Source: Acholeplasmataceae bacterium
Lineage (GTDB): Bacteria; Bacillota_I; Bacilli_A; Acholeplasmatales; Acholeplasmataceae
Direction of reading: 5' to 3'
Assembly (NCBI GenBank): GCA_963667565.1
Contig: OY763415.1
Location: 512,001 to 576,000 of the forward strand
Length of the DNA: 64,000 nucleotides
The translations under genes and the position numbers were made by a program. Numbering within the stretch: position 1 is the first letter of the stretch; every line of letters starts with the position of its first letter. Shown here one piece after another: positions 41,927-52,901 of this stretch. The notes beneath the pieces were generated by a model. It was not told the DNA's origin and did no database searches. It saw only the letters and a list, made by a program, of their open reading frames with translations.

Positions 41927-42493
41927 ATGAACAAATTGAAAACATTTTTAAGCAACAAATATATCTTTGGTGGCATACTCATAGTTTTATTTATTTTACT
42001 AGATCAAATAACTAAAGCAATTGCATTTGCATATCAAACAAGCCTATCGATGAGTAATGTTGTTTTTATTAAGTATATACTTGAATTTTCATATACAGAA
42101 AACCCTGATGCATCCTTAGGTTTATTAGGCAATTTTGAACACAAGGAATTAGCATTTGTTATCGTAACTATTTTCGCATTAGGTCTATTTGGATATTTTT
42201 ATAAAGATATCGATTTTAAGAAGAAGAAAGTGTATAGTATTGCTATGGTGTTTTTCATCGCTGGTACATTAGGGAATGCAATTGATAGATTATTTAGAGG
42301 TTTTGTTATTGATTTTCTACATTTTCCATTCTTCAACTTTTTGTATTATGTGGGATTAAGCAATTTTGATAACAACATTGCAGATATTTTATTGACATTT
42401 GCAATTATATTATTTGCAGTTGAACTGTTCATATTAGAACCGATTGCTCATAAGAAAGAAAAGGCAATAGAACAAAATGAAGCAGATCATTAA
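41927..42493 (+). CDS. lspA: Lipoprotein signal peptidase II
   Basis: LDQITK, GNAIDRL, VIDF and NIAD motifs; precedes the RluA-family gene. Confidence 0.9.
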   Translation: MNKLKTFLSNKYIFGGILIVLFILLDQITKAIAFAYQTSLSMSNVVFIKYILEFSYTENPDASLGLLGNFEHKELAFVIVTIFALGLFGYFYKDIDFKKKKVYSIAMVFFIAGTLGNAIDRLFRGFVIDFLHFPFFNFLYYVGLSNFDNNIADILLTFAIILFAVELFILEPIAHKKEKAIEQNEADH

Positions 42494-43382
42494 TATTGAT
42501 ACAATTGAAGAAAAAACAAGACTTGATAATTATCTCAATGATCAAGTTTTTTCTGATAAATCTAGAAGTTATGTTCAAAATTTAATTAAAAAAGGTCTCG
42601 TTCTTGTTAATCACTTAGAAGTTAAAACGGGCTATATATTAAAAATTCATGACCAAATTACAATAGAATCATATGAACCTGAAGTCTTAGATTTAAAACC
42701 AGTTGACTTAAAGTTAGATATTGTATTTGAGGATGATGATATCGCAGTCATAAACAAACCACAGGGGTTAGTCGTACATCCAGCAAGTAGCTACAAAGAT
42801 GCAACTTTAGTTCATGGGTTATTACACCAAATGGATAATCTAAGTGAGATTAATGGTGTAATAAGACCAGGTATAGTCCATAGAATTGATAAAGATACAT
42901 CAGGTTTGCTTGTGGTTGCAAAGCATGATAGAGCGCATCAAATATTAAGTGATATGCTAAAAAATCATGAAATCAAACGTACATATATGGCCATTGTTTA
43001 TGGGCACTTTAATGAGCAAAAAGCAACTATTGATGCACCCATTGGCAGAAGCCCTAAAAATCGATTAAAGATGGCAGTCATCAAAGATGGTAAGCATGCA
43101 ATCACACATTTTGAAGTGATTGAACAATTTGATCAATATGCACTCATTAAATGTCAACTTGAGACTGGAAGAACGCATCAAATTAGAGTTCATCTAGCAT
43201 ATATTAATCATCCAATTCTTGGAGATCCAATATATGGACCTAAAAAAGTCTATGGCGATACAGGTCAATATTTACATGCATATCAATTAGAGTTTGATCA
43301 TCCAATAAAAAAAGAACATCTCACATTTAAAGTGGAGATGCCTTCTAAATTTAATGATTTTTTAAATAAAAATTTAAAATAG
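42477..43382 (+). CDS. rluD: RluA/RluD family pseudouridine synthase
   Basis: S4 domain, HRIDKDTSGL and TGRTHQIRVH motifs. Confidence 0.9.
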   Translation: MKQIINIDTIEEKTRLDNYLNDQVFSDKSRSYVQNLIKKGLVLVNHLEVKTGYILKIHDQITIESYEPEVLDLKPVDLKLDIVFEDDDIAVINKPQGLVVHPASSYKDATLVHGLLHQMDNLSEINGVIRPGIVHRIDKDTSGLLVVAKHDRAHQILSDMLKNHEIKRTYMAIVYGHFNEQKATIDAPIGRSPKNRLKMAVIKDGKHAITHFEVIEQFDQYALIKCQLETGRTHQIRVHLAYINHPILGDPIYGPKKVYGDTGQYLHAYQLEFDHPIKKEHLTFKVEMPSKFNDFLNKNLK

Positions 43383-44231
43383 ATTTTGTTTAGTGATATT
43401 TTTATAATTCATTTTTGCAATTAAAGGCAGCTGTGTTAATCCAATTTTTTGGTAAACATCTTTAATTTGATGATCAACTTCTTTGCTAGCACCTTTTAAT
43501 AATGAAATGCCTAATTTTTTACTATACTGATCCAATTTAACTAAAAATGCATAACGTGCAATAATAGAAGCAGCAGCAACACTTAAGTGAACTTGTTCAG
43601 CTTTTGTATGAAATTCTATATCTCTATAAATCTCAGTTTCATCTTTTAAATAATTAAAATAAAGCTGAGGTGTACAAAATTGATCAACAATAACTGGCAC
43701 TTGATGTCCGACTTTTTCAAAAGTCTTTACAATAGCTTGATTATGTAATAAAGCCTTCATTTTATTTAGATTATAGCCTTTTGCTACTAAATTGTTATAC
43801 TTTTGAGGCGATAATATAATAAGTGAGTGCTTTATTATTTTGGCAATTTTAGGACCAATTTCAATGATTTTTTTATCACTGATGTTTTTAGAATCTCTGA
43901 CACCTAGTTGCTCAAGATATGGAATATCAGTTTTTGATGCGTATGCAGAGCATACAACAATAGGACCAAAGACATCACCTGTACCGACTTCATCTGAACC
44001 AATGGCTTCATAGTCTTCTCGACCAAGCAGTTTTTTGATTAAAATGATCTCATGTGTGATTTCTTTACCTTGAAGCACGATTTTACCAGTTTTATAACCG
44101 AAAATATTGATTGAGTGATGAATTGCATGAAATTCTAAGTAAGGATTATCACTTGTGATACAATGGTTATGGTATATTTTATGTAATTTTAGTAATTCTT
44201 CATTGCTGACTGACAGGGTAAAATGTTTCAT
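43374..44231 (-). CDS. rnhC: Ribonuclease HIII
   Basis: YKTGKIVLQG, IGSDEVGTGD, DSK, VDQF and VAAASIIAR motifs. Confidence 0.93.
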   Translation of the reverse strand: MKHFTLSVSNEELLKLHKIYHNHCITSDNPYLEFHAIHHSINIFGYKTGKIVLQGKEITHEIILIKKLLGREDYEAIGSDEVGTGDVFGPIVVCSAYASKTDIPYLEQLGVRDSKNISDKKIIEIGPKIAKIIKHSLIILSPQKYNNLVAKGYNLNKMKALLHNQAIVKTFEKVGHQVPVIVDQFCTPQLYFNYLKDETEIYRDIEFHTKAEQVHLSVAAASIIARYAFLVKLDQYSKKLGISLLKGASKEVDHQIKDVYQKIGLTQLPLIAKMNYKNITKQNLF

Positions 44232-44288
44232 AATTTGCTCCTTATTTACTTGATTATACCATATTTTATTAAGAAAAGGTGGATTTTT

Positions 44289-46613
44289 ATGCGATTTATG
44301 ACTAAAACTCTTGAGTTTCCAGAGATTTTAAAGCGTGTAGAGAAATATGCACATACGGATTCTACTAGAGAAAAAATTAATCTATTGACACCACAAGTTG
44401 AACTATTTGATATCGAACAATCACTTCGTGAAACAAGCGATTTTTTAAGTATTGTTTATCGTGTTAGTCGTATACCTTTTGTTGATGATTTTGACATCGT
44501 ACAATTATTTTCATATGGAGAAAAACAGTTAAGTTATTCCATTTATGAACTTTTGCAGATCAAATTGTTTTTAGCGATGGAAAAAGATGTTTTTACTTAT
44601 ATAAAAAATCTAAAAAAATTGAACATTGAGCAAGGATCGATAAAACCTTATTTTGAACAAGTTGAATCACATTATCATTTATATGATAAGTTGATAAATA
44701 TGATTGATCCTGAAGGTTTTTTCCTAGATGATGCATCAATTAGACTATCTCAAATTAGAAATGATTTAAGAAGATTTGAGCATCAATTACAAGATAGATT
44801 AAATAAATTAGTCGTCGATTATCAATCATATTTGTCAGAGCAAGTGATTGTGATTCGAAATGATCGTTTTTGCCTATGTGTCAAAGAAGCATTCAAGCAT
44901 AAGATTAAAGGGATTACACATGACATATCAGCAAGTGGACAAACCATTTATATCGAGCCTGAACAATCAAGACAAATCACTGCTCAAATTGAAACCTTAA
45001 AAGCAGAAGAAAAAAATGAGATTGATCACATTTTGCGATCATTAAGTTCTCAAATCCAGTTAGAAGAAGAAAGTTTACTTTCAAATTTAAATCTTTTTGT
45101 ACTCATGGATTTTATGCAATCTAAAGCTTTATATGCTAAGGAAATAGATGCAATTAAACCACATATTAATCAATTAGGCAAAACATATCTCGTGAATGCT
45201 AAGCATCCATTACTTGACCAAAAAATAGCTGTACCCATCAGTTTAAAAATTGATGAACAATATAAAATATTATTGATCACAGGACCAAATACAGGTGGAA
45301 AGACTGTAGCATTAAAAACATTGGGATTATTAACACTAATGACTCAATCAGGACTACTGATTCCTGCTTCGGAACAAACTGAAATCGCAATTTTTAATCA
45401 AATTTTTGCAGATATCGGTGATGAGCAATCCATTGAACAATCGTTATCTACATTTTCATCACATTTGACCAAAATAATTGGTATGTTAAAAGATGTCGAT
45501 GATCAAACTTTAATCATTTTAGATGAAATTGGTAGTGGTACTGATCCAAATGAAGGTGTTTCTTTAGCGATTGCGATTTTAAATGCCTTTAAGATACATG
45601 ACGTTAGAATGCTAGTCACTACCCATTATTCTGAATTGAAACATTATGCGTTTGAGCAACCTGATATTCAAACCGCTAGTGTTGCATTTGACCAAAGTTC
45701 ATTAAAACCATTATATTATATTCAAATGGGAATGACTGGATCATCACAAGCATTTTTGATTGCGCAACGTTTAGGGTTACCTAAAGAAGTCATTGAAGAA
45801 GCTCAAGATTTATATCAAAACAAACAAACTGATGTTGCAAAAATGATGGATAAACTCAACACGATGATGGCTAATTATGAACAAGAAGAGAAGAAACTCA
45901 TCGATCAAAATAATGATTTATCTAAAAAAATAAAGTCCTATGAAGATTTAAAACATGAACTTATTAAAAAACAAGACATTGCTATAGAACAAGTTAAGAA
46001 ACAAGAATCAGATAAATGGGAACAATTAAAATCTGATGCACTTACGATCATCAAAGAATTAGAAGGTAAAAATAGTTTAAGTAAACCTGAATCTGCAGAG
46101 TATAAATTTCAGTTAAAAAATAATGGTGAAAATAAACGTATTTATCAGTTAGAAGATGACATAAAAAAAGGTGATTCTGTCTTTATTAAACCTTATCAAC
46201 AATATGGTATCGTTACAAAGATAAAAAATGAACGCTATTTAGTTAAATTTGGAAAGTTCGAATTAGAATTTGATCTCATTGATTTAATCAAAGATAAAGA
46301 TGATAAGAAAACGCCTAAAAAGACTGAAAGAAAAGCTAAAATCGCATCAAATGATGCACCTATGAGAAAAGGTTTAATGACACTGGATCTTAGAGGTTTT
46401 CGATTTGAAGACGTTTATGAAGCCATCGATCAAGCAGTTGATCAAGCATTATATACTGGTCTTCATGAACTAACAATCATTCATGGATTTGGTACAGGTG
46501 CAGTTAAGAAAGCAGTCTATGATTATATCAAACAATCTAAACTCATTAAGTCACATCGATTTGGTGGTGAAGGTGAAGGATTAAATGGTGTAACAATTTT
46601 GACTTTAAAATAA
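44289..46613 (+). CDS. mutS2: Endonuclease MutS2
   Basis: TGPNTGGKT, SLSTFSSH, DEIGSGTDP and C-terminal Smr domain (IIHGFGTG). Confidence 0.96.
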   Translation: MRFMTKTLEFPEILKRVEKYAHTDSTREKINLLTPQVELFDIEQSLRETSDFLSIVYRVSRIPFVDDFDIVQLFSYGEKQLSYSIYELLQIKLFLAMEKDVFTYIKNLKKLNIEQGSIKPYFEQVESHYHLYDKLINMIDPEGFFLDDASIRLSQIRNDLRRFEHQLQDRLNKLVVDYQSYLSEQVIVIRNDRFCLCVKEAFKHKIKGITHDISASGQTIYIEPEQSRQITAQIETLKAEEKNEIDHILRSLSSQIQLEEESLLSNLNLFVLMDFMQSKALYAKEIDAIKPHINQLGKTYLVNAKHPLLDQKIAVPISLKIDEQYKILLITGPNTGGKTVALKTLGLLTLMTQSGLLIPASEQTEIAIFNQIFADIGDEQSIEQSLSTFSSHLTKIIGMLKDVDDQTLIILDEIGSGTDPNEGVSLAIAILNAFKIHDVRMLVTTHYSELKHYAFEQPDIQTASVAFDQSSLKPLYYIQMGMTGSSQAFLIAQRLGLPKEVIEEAQDLYQNKQTDVAKMMDKLNTMMANYEQEEKKLIDQNNDLSKKIKSYEDLKHELIKKQDIAIEQVKKQESDKWEQLKSDALTIIKELEGKNSLSKPESAEYKFQLKNNGENKRIYQLEDDIKKGDSVFIKPYQQYGIVTKIKNERYLVKFGKFELEFDLIDLIKDKDDKKTPKKTERKAKIASNDAPMRKGLMTLDLRGFRFEDVYEAIDQAVDQALYTGLHELTIIHGFGTGAVKKAVYDYIKQSKLIKSHRFGGEGEGLNGVTILTLK

Positions 46614-46690
46614 GCAAGATACTTGAATTATTTATAATAAAAATATATAATTATGATATAAAATTTGATTAAGAAATGAGGATTTTTTAA

Positions 46691-46999
46691 ATGATTGATT
46701 ATCAAGGACAACCATATGAACAAGTCATTGGACGTCAAGGTGTTGTAGTTGTACAATACTTTGCTACATGGTGTGGACCATGTAAAATGTTAAAACCAGT
46801 ATTAGAAGCTTTAAGTACAGAAATGACTGATGTAGCATTCTTCAGATCAGATATCGACTTATACAGAAATCAAGCAATTGAAGCTGGTATTAGAAGTGTT
46901 CCAACTGTTGTAGTTTACAAAGATGGAGAAGAAGTTGATCGTCAAAGTGGTTACCAACCAAAAGAAAGAGTAGCTGCTTGGTTAAATCAATATCGCTAG
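46691..46999 (+). CDS. trxA: Thioredoxin
   Basis: WCGPC active site. Confidence 0.93.
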   Translation: MIDYQGQPYEQVIGRQGVVVVQYFATWCGPCKMLKPVLEALSTEMTDVAFFRSDIDLYRNQAIEAGIRSVPTVVVYKDGEEVDRQSGYQPKERVAAWLNQYR

Positions 47000-47005
47000 T
47001 AAAAT

Positions 47006-47027
47006 GAGCACGCAAGTGCTTTTTTTA
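47006..47027 (+). terminator. Intrinsic terminator after trxA
   Basis: GAGCAC-GCAA-GTGCTT plus T-run. Confidence 0.75.
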
Positions 47028-47063
47028 TGCGCCAATTTTATGTATAATAAATGTGGTGATTAA

Positions 47064-47909
47064 ATGGATGGATTTGTATTAATTGATAAACCGGTTGGTA
47101 TTTCAAGCCATGATGTTGTTTATCAAGTCAAAAAGAAATTAAAAGTAAATAAAGTAGGACATACAGGTACGCTTGATCCATTTGCAAGTGGTCTTTTGAT
47201 TTTATGCATTGGTAAAGCGACGAAACTAGCACAACTATTCTCAGATTTAGATAAATCATATTCGGGTACTATCTTATTTAATAAACTCTATGATACTTAT
47301 GATGTGACAGGAAAATTGATTGATGAAAAGCAAGTTGAATTATCAAGTGACCTGATCAAATCAAAATCCAAAGAGATGATTGGTACTTATAATCAATTGC
47401 CACCCATGTATTCTGCAATAAAAATTGATGGTAAAAAACTCTATGATTTAGCAAGACAAGGTATTGAACTAGAAAGACCTAAAAGAAAAGTATCTATTTT
47501 TGATTTTATAATTCATGATTTTAAAGATGATAAATCAACATTTTTTGCTCATGTATCAAAAGGCACTTATATTAGAAGTTTAGCCGTTGATTTTGCCCAA
47601 AAATTAGGAACAATTGCAGTATTAGAAACGCTTAGAAGAGAATCTGTAGGTTCTTATGATGTCAAAGATGCAATCTCAATTCAAGAAGTAGAAAAAGATG
47701 ATATTATAAGTGTAGAATCATACTTTAGAAATCATCAGAAATTAACATTAAGTGATTATTTAATCCATTTAGTTAAAAATGGTGTTTATTTAGACGAACG
47801 ACAAATTGAAACTGAACAACCATTTATTGTTGTTGATCAACAAAATCAAATGATTGCATATTATGAAGTCATTGATAAAAATAAGTATAAACCAGTTTAT
47901 ATATTTTAG
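47064..47909 (+). CDS. truB: tRNA pseudouridine(55) synthase
   Basis: GHTGTLDP, PPMYSAIK and SKGTYIRSL motifs. Confidence 0.96.
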   Translation: MDGFVLIDKPVGISSHDVVYQVKKKLKVNKVGHTGTLDPFASGLLILCIGKATKLAQLFSDLDKSYSGTILFNKLYDTYDVTGKLIDEKQVELSSDLIKSKSKEMIGTYNQLPPMYSAIKIDGKKLYDLARQGIELERPKRKVSIFDFIIHDFKDDKSTFFAHVSKGTYIRSLAVDFAQKLGTIAVLETLRRESVGSYDVKDAISIQEVEKDDIISVESYFRNHQKLTLSDYLIHLVKNGVYLDERQIETEQPFIVVDQQNQMIAYYEVIDKNKYKPVYIF

Positions 47910-47918
47910 GAGAATGCT

Positions 47919-48812
47919 ATGAAAATCATTTTTGATGAATATCAAAATATGAATAATAAAGATCAATTAACCATCACATTAGGTAATTTTGATGGTGTAC
48001 ATATTGGTCATCAACGATTAATTGATCGCGTTTTAAGTTATTCAGATACAAAACATGCAGTTTTGACATTTGATCCACATCCAGCATCTGTATTAAGAAG
48101 ACAAAACTTTTCTACTTTAACACAAAAAAATGATAAAGTTACTTTCTTAAGAAAGTATCCTCTTGATTATATATTTATTGTTAAGTTTACTGAAGATTTT
48201 TCAAAACTTTCAGTTTCGGATTTTATCGCGTTTTTAAAAAATCTTAATGTGAAGCGTGTCATACTTGGAAGAGATGCAAGATTCGCATTTCGTGGACAAG
48301 GATCAAGTGAGGATTTAAAGAAGTACTTTTTTGTAGATGTACTTGATGACTTACTTTATAATCAAATGCGTGTCTCTACAACCTATATTAAAGATTTTTT
48401 GAGACAAGGACAATTAGATTTAGCAAGAAAATTACTTAATAAGCACTATGAAATTCATGGTAATGTCGTTTATGGAAACCAAATTGGTAAACAACTCGGA
48501 TTTCCAACTGCCAATATTGATTATGGTAATTATTTCTTACCTAAAAATGGTGTTTATTACGTGCATATAACGATAGACCAAAAGACATATCCAGGTATTG
48601 CTAATATTGGATATAACCCAACGCTTAATTATTCTCAAACCAAAAAATTAGAGGTTTTTATCCTTGATTTTGATGGAAGTATTTATAAAAAAGCAGTTAC
48701 AGTTGAATTTTTATATTACTTAAGAGAGGAACAAAAATTCAAAGATCGTGATGCACTTATTCATCAAATAAAAGAAGATGAAGAACAGGTTAGAAGGCTA
48801 TTAAAACATTAA
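47919..48812 (+). CDS. ribF: Bifunctional riboflavin kinase/FAD synthetase
   Basis: GNFDGVHIGH, GFPTAN and NGVY motifs. Confidence 0.95.
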   Translation: MKIIFDEYQNMNNKDQLTITLGNFDGVHIGHQRLIDRVLSYSDTKHAVLTFDPHPASVLRRQNFSTLTQKNDKVTFLRKYPLDYIFIVKFTEDFSKLSVSDFIAFLKNLNVKRVILGRDARFAFRGQGSSEDLKKYFFVDVLDDLLYNQMRVSTTYIKDFLRQGQLDLARKLLNKHYEIHGNVVYGNQIGKQLGFPTANIDYGNYFLPKNGVYYVHITIDQKTYPGIANIGYNPTLNYSQTKKLEVFILDFDGSIYKKAVTVEFLYYLREEQKFKDRDALIHQIKEDEEQVRRLLKH

Positions 48813-48848
48813 AAATATGTTATAATTATATATATAAGAGGTGATCTC

Positions 48849-49172
48849 ATGAAACTAATTGTAGCAATTGTATCAAATGATGATGCAAACAAAGTTCAAA
48901 AAGCATTAGTAAAAGAAAAGTTTTTCTCAACACGCCTATCAACAACCGGTGGTTTTTTAAGAGCTGGAAATGTGACATTTATGATTGGTACCAATGATGA
49001 GAAAATTCCAAGAGTTTTAGAAATCATAGAAACTCACAGTAAGAAACGCTCAAAGCTTGTGCCTAACACAATTGTCAATGAGTTTGGGTCTTTTACAGCA
49101 CTACCAATTGAAGTTGAAGTTGGTGGAGCAACTGTATTTGTCATTAACGTTGATCAATTCATCAAAATATAA
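48849..49172 (+). CDS. darA: Cyclic di-AMP receptor, PII-like (DarA/PstA)
   Basis: MKLIVAIV..DD, TRLSTTGGFLRAGN and VGGATVFV motifs. Confidence 0.9.
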   Translation: MKLIVAIVSNDDANKVQKALVKEKFFSTRLSTTGGFLRAGNVTFMIGTNDEKIPRVLEIIETHSKKRSKLVPNTIVNEFGSFTALPIEVEVGGATVFVINVDQFIKI

Positions 49173-49181
49173 ATTAAATGA

Positions 49182-49209
49182 TTGCATTTTTATAAAAAAA
49201 TGTTAAAAT
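49182..49209 (+). promoter_or_regulatory. rpsO promoter
   Basis: TTGCAT-16nt-TAAAAT with extended TG. Confidence 0.6.
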
Positions 49210-49213
49210 AAAA

Positions 49214-49270
49214 AAGGCGGTAACAAGGTATTTAGAAAGCCAACTGATACTTTAGTTATTCGAGAAAGGA
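49214..49270 (+). promoter_or_regulatory. Putative S15-binding autoregulatory leader
   Basis: Hairpin GGTAAC/GTTATT plus AAGGTAT/ATACTTT just ahead of the rpsO SD; position matches known S15 leaders. Confidence 0.45.
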
Positions 49271-49277
49271 AATAGAC

Positions 49278-49547
49278 ATGGCAATTTCAAAGGCAAGAAA
49301 ACAAGAAATCATCAAAGCATACGCAACTAAAGAAGGAGATACAGGTTCTCCAGAAGTACAAGTTGCAGTGTTAACAGAAGAAATTAACACTTTAAATGGA
49401 CATTTACAAGTACACATTCATGATTTTCATTCAAGACGTGGACTTTATAAGATGATTGGACAAAGACGTCGTTTACTTAATTACTTACGTAACAATGATG
49501 TAAATCGTTACCAAGAATTAATTGCAAAATTAGGATTACGTCGATAA
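49278..49547 (+). CDS. rpsO: 30S ribosomal protein S15
   Basis: [19 protein letters not shown] and LGLRR motifs. Confidence 0.98.
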   Translation: MAISKARKQEIIKAYATKEGDTGSPEVQVAVLTEEINTLNGHLQVHIHDFHSRRGLYKMIGQRRRLLNYLRNNDVNRYQELIAKLGLRR

Positions 49548-49573
49548 AAGATTGCCTAGCAATCTTTTTTTTT
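49546..49573 (+). terminator. Intrinsic terminator after rpsO
   Basis: AAAAGATTGC-CTA-GCAATCTTTT plus T-run. Confidence 0.8.
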
Positions 49574-49673
49574 GATTATTCCCCACAAATCACGTGTTTT
49601 GTGGTAAGATATATAAGGTTATAAAAAAAGAAAATAGAAGCGAAAAGCGTATATAAAATGAAGGAGATTTTAT

Positions 49674-51803
49674 ATGAATGAAAAAAAAGTTTTTGAGACG
49701 ACCTTAGGTGATAGACCTTTAGTTGTCGAAATTGGAGAAGTTGCAAAACAAGCAAATGGTGCAGCTTTAGTTAGATATGGTGATTCTGTTGTTTTAAGTG
49801 TTGTTACTGCAAAAACAGAACCATCAAATGGAGATTTCTTCCCATTAATGGTTATTTATCAAGAAAAGCTTTATGCTGCTGGTAAAATACCTGGAGGATT
49901 CTTAAGAAGAGAAGGTAGACCTTCTGAACATGAAACATTAACATCAAGATTAATTGACAGACCACTTCGTCCAATGTTTCCTGAAGGATTTAAAAACGAA
50001 GTACAAGTTGTAAATACAGTATTAAGCAGTGATCCAAAATGCACACCTGAAATGGCATCTATGTTTGGTTCATCACTTGTATTAGGTATTTCAAACATTC
50101 CATTTAATGGACCAGTTGCTGGTGTTCAAGTGGGTAGAGTTAATGGTGAATACATCATCAATCCGACACCTGAACAACAATTACTAAGCGATATTGACTT
50201 AACATTAGCTGGAACTAAAGTTGCAATCAACATGGTTGAAGCTGGTGCTAAACAAGTGTCGGAAGCTGACATGTTAGGTGCTATTTTATTTGGTCATAAT
50301 GCAATCAAAGCGTTAGTTGCATTCCAAGAAAAGATTATTGCTGAATTAAATCCACAAAAAATGGATTATGAAGTACTTGAAATTCCGGAAGATCTTAAAA
50401 AAGCCGTTTATGATGTTTGCTATGATGAGTTAGTCGCTGCTGTATCTATCTTTGATAAATTAGAAAGATATAGAAAAATTGATGAAATCATTGAAAAGAC
50501 TAAAGATCAATTTGGTGATAAAGCGTTCTTCAAAGTCATTGAAGGTAAAGATGTCTTTGATCAAAAAGCCTATACACATTATTTGAATCAATTAGATGCT
50601 ATTCTTAATGGTATTGTAACGCATGAAGTTAGAAGATTAATCACTGAAGATAAAGTAAGACCTGATGGACGTAAAGTCGATGAAATCAGACCATTATCTT
50701 CACGTGTAGATTTATTACCTCGTGCGCATGGATCATCACTATTTACAAGAGGTCAAACACAAGCATTAGGTACAGTAACATTAGGCGCGTTAGGTGAAAA
50801 CCAAATTATTGATGGTCTTTCTGAAGAAGACACAAAACGCTTTATGTTACATTACAATTTCCCACCATTTTCAGTTGGTGAAACTGGACGTTATGGTTCA
50901 CCAGGAAGAAGAGAAATTGGACATGGTGCTTTAGGAGAAAGAGCATTACTACAAGTGTTACCAGACGAAGAAGCTTTCCCATATTCAATTCGTGTTGTAT
51001 CTGAGATTTTAGAATCCAATGGTTCTAGTTCACAAGCTACAATTTGTGCAGGTTCAATGGCTTTAATGGCTGCAGGGGTACCCATTTTATCACCTGTTGC
51101 AGGTATTGCTATGGGTCTTATTATGGAAGGCGACAACTATACAATCTTAAGTGATATCCAAGGTATGGAAGATCATGAAGGTGATATGGACTTTAAAGTT
51201 GCTGGTACTAAAGATGGTATTACTGCATTACAAATGGATATTAAGATTTCAGGTATTACTAAAGAAATCTTAGAAGAAGCATTAGAACAAGCAAGAAAAT
51301 CAAGATTACATATTTTAGATCATATGAACCAAACGATTAGTCAACCAAGAGAAGAATTATCAGATTATGCTCCAAAAGTTAAGATGATAAAAATCAATCC
51401 TGATAAGATTAGAGACGTTATTGGTGCAGGTGGTAAAATTATTACTCAAATTATCGAAGATAATGACAATGTCAAGATTGATATCGAACAAGATGGACGT
51501 GTATTCTTAATGCACAGTAATTCTAAAGTTATCGATAAAGTTGCGCAATATATTCAAGATTTAGTTAAAGTTGCTGAAGTTGGAAAAATCTATGAAGGTA
51601 AAGTAACTAGAGTTGAAAAATTCGGATGCTTTGTTGAATTATGGCCAGGTGCTGAAGGTTTAGTGCATATTTCAAGACTTGCTAAAGAAAGAGTTGAAAA
51701 AACTGAAGATGTTGTTTCAGTTGGAGATCAAATTTTAGTTAAATGTATTGGTATTGATGATAAAGGTAGAATTGATTTATCAAGAAAAGATGCATTAAAG
51801 TAA
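49674..51803 (+). CDS. pnp: Polyribonucleotide nucleotidyltransferase
   Basis: [37 protein letters not shown] and S1 domains. Confidence 0.98.
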   Translation: MNEKKVFETTLGDRPLVVEIGEVAKQANGAALVRYGDSVVLSVVTAKTEPSNGDFFPLMVIYQEKLYAAGKIPGGFLRREGRPSEHETLTSRLIDRPLRPMFPEGFKNEVQVVNTVLSSDPKCTPEMASMFGSSLVLGISNIPFNGPVAGVQVGRVNGEYIINPTPEQQLLSDIDLTLAGTKVAINMVEAGAKQVSEADMLGAILFGHNAIKALVAFQEKIIAELNPQKMDYEVLEIPEDLKKAVYDVCYDELVAAVSIFDKLERYRKIDEIIEKTKDQFGDKAFFKVIEGKDVFDQKAYTHYLNQLDAILNGIVTHEVRRLITEDKVRPDGRKVDEIRPLSSRVDLLPRAHGSSLFTRGQTQALGTVTLGALGENQIIDGLSEEDTKRFMLHYNFPPFSVGETGRYGSPGRREIGHGALGERALLQVLPDEEAFPYSIRVVSEILESNGSSSQATICAGSMALMAAGVPILSPVAGIAMGLIMEGDNYTILSDIQGMEDHEGDMDFKVAGTKDGITALQMDIKISGITKEILEEALEQARKSRLHILDHMNQTISQPREELSDYAPKVKMIKINPDKIRDVIGAGGKIITQIIEDNDNVKIDIEQDGRVFLMHSNSKVIDKVAQYIQDLVKVAEVGKIYEGKVTRVEKFGCFVELWPGAEGLVHISRLAKERVEKTEDVVSVGDQILVKCIGIDDKGRIDLSRKDALK

Positions 51804-51834
51804 TTTGATTTAAAAAATTAGTGATAAAATATAG

Positions 51835-52183
51835 TTGTTGGTGGAAGGTGACCGAGCCTTATAAAGGTTAGGAAAGTCCATGCTAGCACATTCTGAGATG
51901 AATGTAGTGTTTGTGCCTAAGGAAAACATAACTTAGGGTATGAGTATTCATAACGGCATCTGATGACCTAAGGGAAACTATGGTCTTAAGATAAAACGTG
52001 CCACAGAAACGAGTTATTTAGAAATAAATAAATGAAACGCGGTAAACCCCTCAAGCTAGCAACCCAAAATATGGTAGGGGCACATGTATGGATGAAATGA
52101 AAGAAATACATGCTACTTGTAGAGATAAATGGTCACAACCTATCTTTGATAGGATACAGAACATGGCTTATGCACACTAACAA
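51835..52183 (+). ncRNA. rnpB: RNase P RNA, bacterial type B
   Basis: P1 TTGTTGGTG/CACTAACAA; AGGAAAGTCCATGCT, GTGCCACAGAAACG, GGTAAACCCC and ACAGAACATGGCTTA conserved blocks; TGATAAAAT promoter upstream. Confidence 0.96.
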
Positions 52184-52186
52184 ATT

Positions 52187-52218
52187 AAAGGTCCTCATTT
52201 GAGGACCTTTTCTTTTTA
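52187..52218 (+). terminator. Intrinsic terminator after rnpB
   Basis: AAAGGTCCTC-ATTT-GAGGACCTTT plus T-run. Confidence 0.85.
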
Positions 52219-52247
52219 TATGATATAATAAATATAAATAATATGAG

Positions 52248-52901
52248 GTGAAAAGTATGATTGCACATGTAAATGGTATTGATATATATTATGAAATCAT
52301 TGGCTCAGGTAAGCCACTTGTATTACTTCATGGTAATGGTGAAGACCATCATACATTTGATCAATTAGCTGATGTTATGAAAGAAAATTATCAAGTTATT
52401 TTAATTGATTCTAGATGTCATGGACTTAGTGAAAAAAACATAGAGATCACATTTGATTTGATGGCAATGGATGTGATTGCATTATTAGAGTATTTAAACA
52501 TAAAAGATGTCACATTATTAGGTTTTTCAGATGGTGGAATCGTTGGCTTAAAGATTGCTACTATGCGTGAATATCTTTTGAACAAACTGATTTTATGTGG
52601 TGTTAATTTTCATCCTAAAGGTGTTAAAAAAGAATTCTATAAACAACTTAAAGGATGGTATAAAAAAAATAAAAGTCCTCTCATCAAATTAATGATGAAA
52701 GAACCTAAATTTAAGATTAAAGATTTAAAACAAATCACTGTTGATACAACAATTATAGTTGGTGAGCATGATTTAATTGACATTGACCATACCTATAAAT
52801 TACATCAATATATCTATGATAGCTCGCTTTATGTATTAAATGATGAAAATCATGAAAGTTACGTCATGCATCAAACAAAATTAAAGGATTTTATTTTATA
52901 A
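52248..52901 (+). CDS. Alpha/beta hydrolase
   Basis: LLHGNGE, DSRCHG and GFSDG nucleophile elbow; start may be 52257. Confidence 0.88.
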   Translation: MKSMIAHVNGIDIYYEIIGSGKPLVLLHGNGEDHHTFDQLADVMKENYQVILIDSRCHGLSEKNIEITFDLMAMDVIALLEYLNIKDVTLLGFSDGGIVGLKIATMREYLLNKLILCGVNFHPKGVKKEFYKQLKGWYKKNKSPLIKLMMKEPKFKIKDLKQITVDTTIIVGEHDLIDIDHTYKLHQYIYDSSLYVLNDENHESYVMHQTKLKDFIL

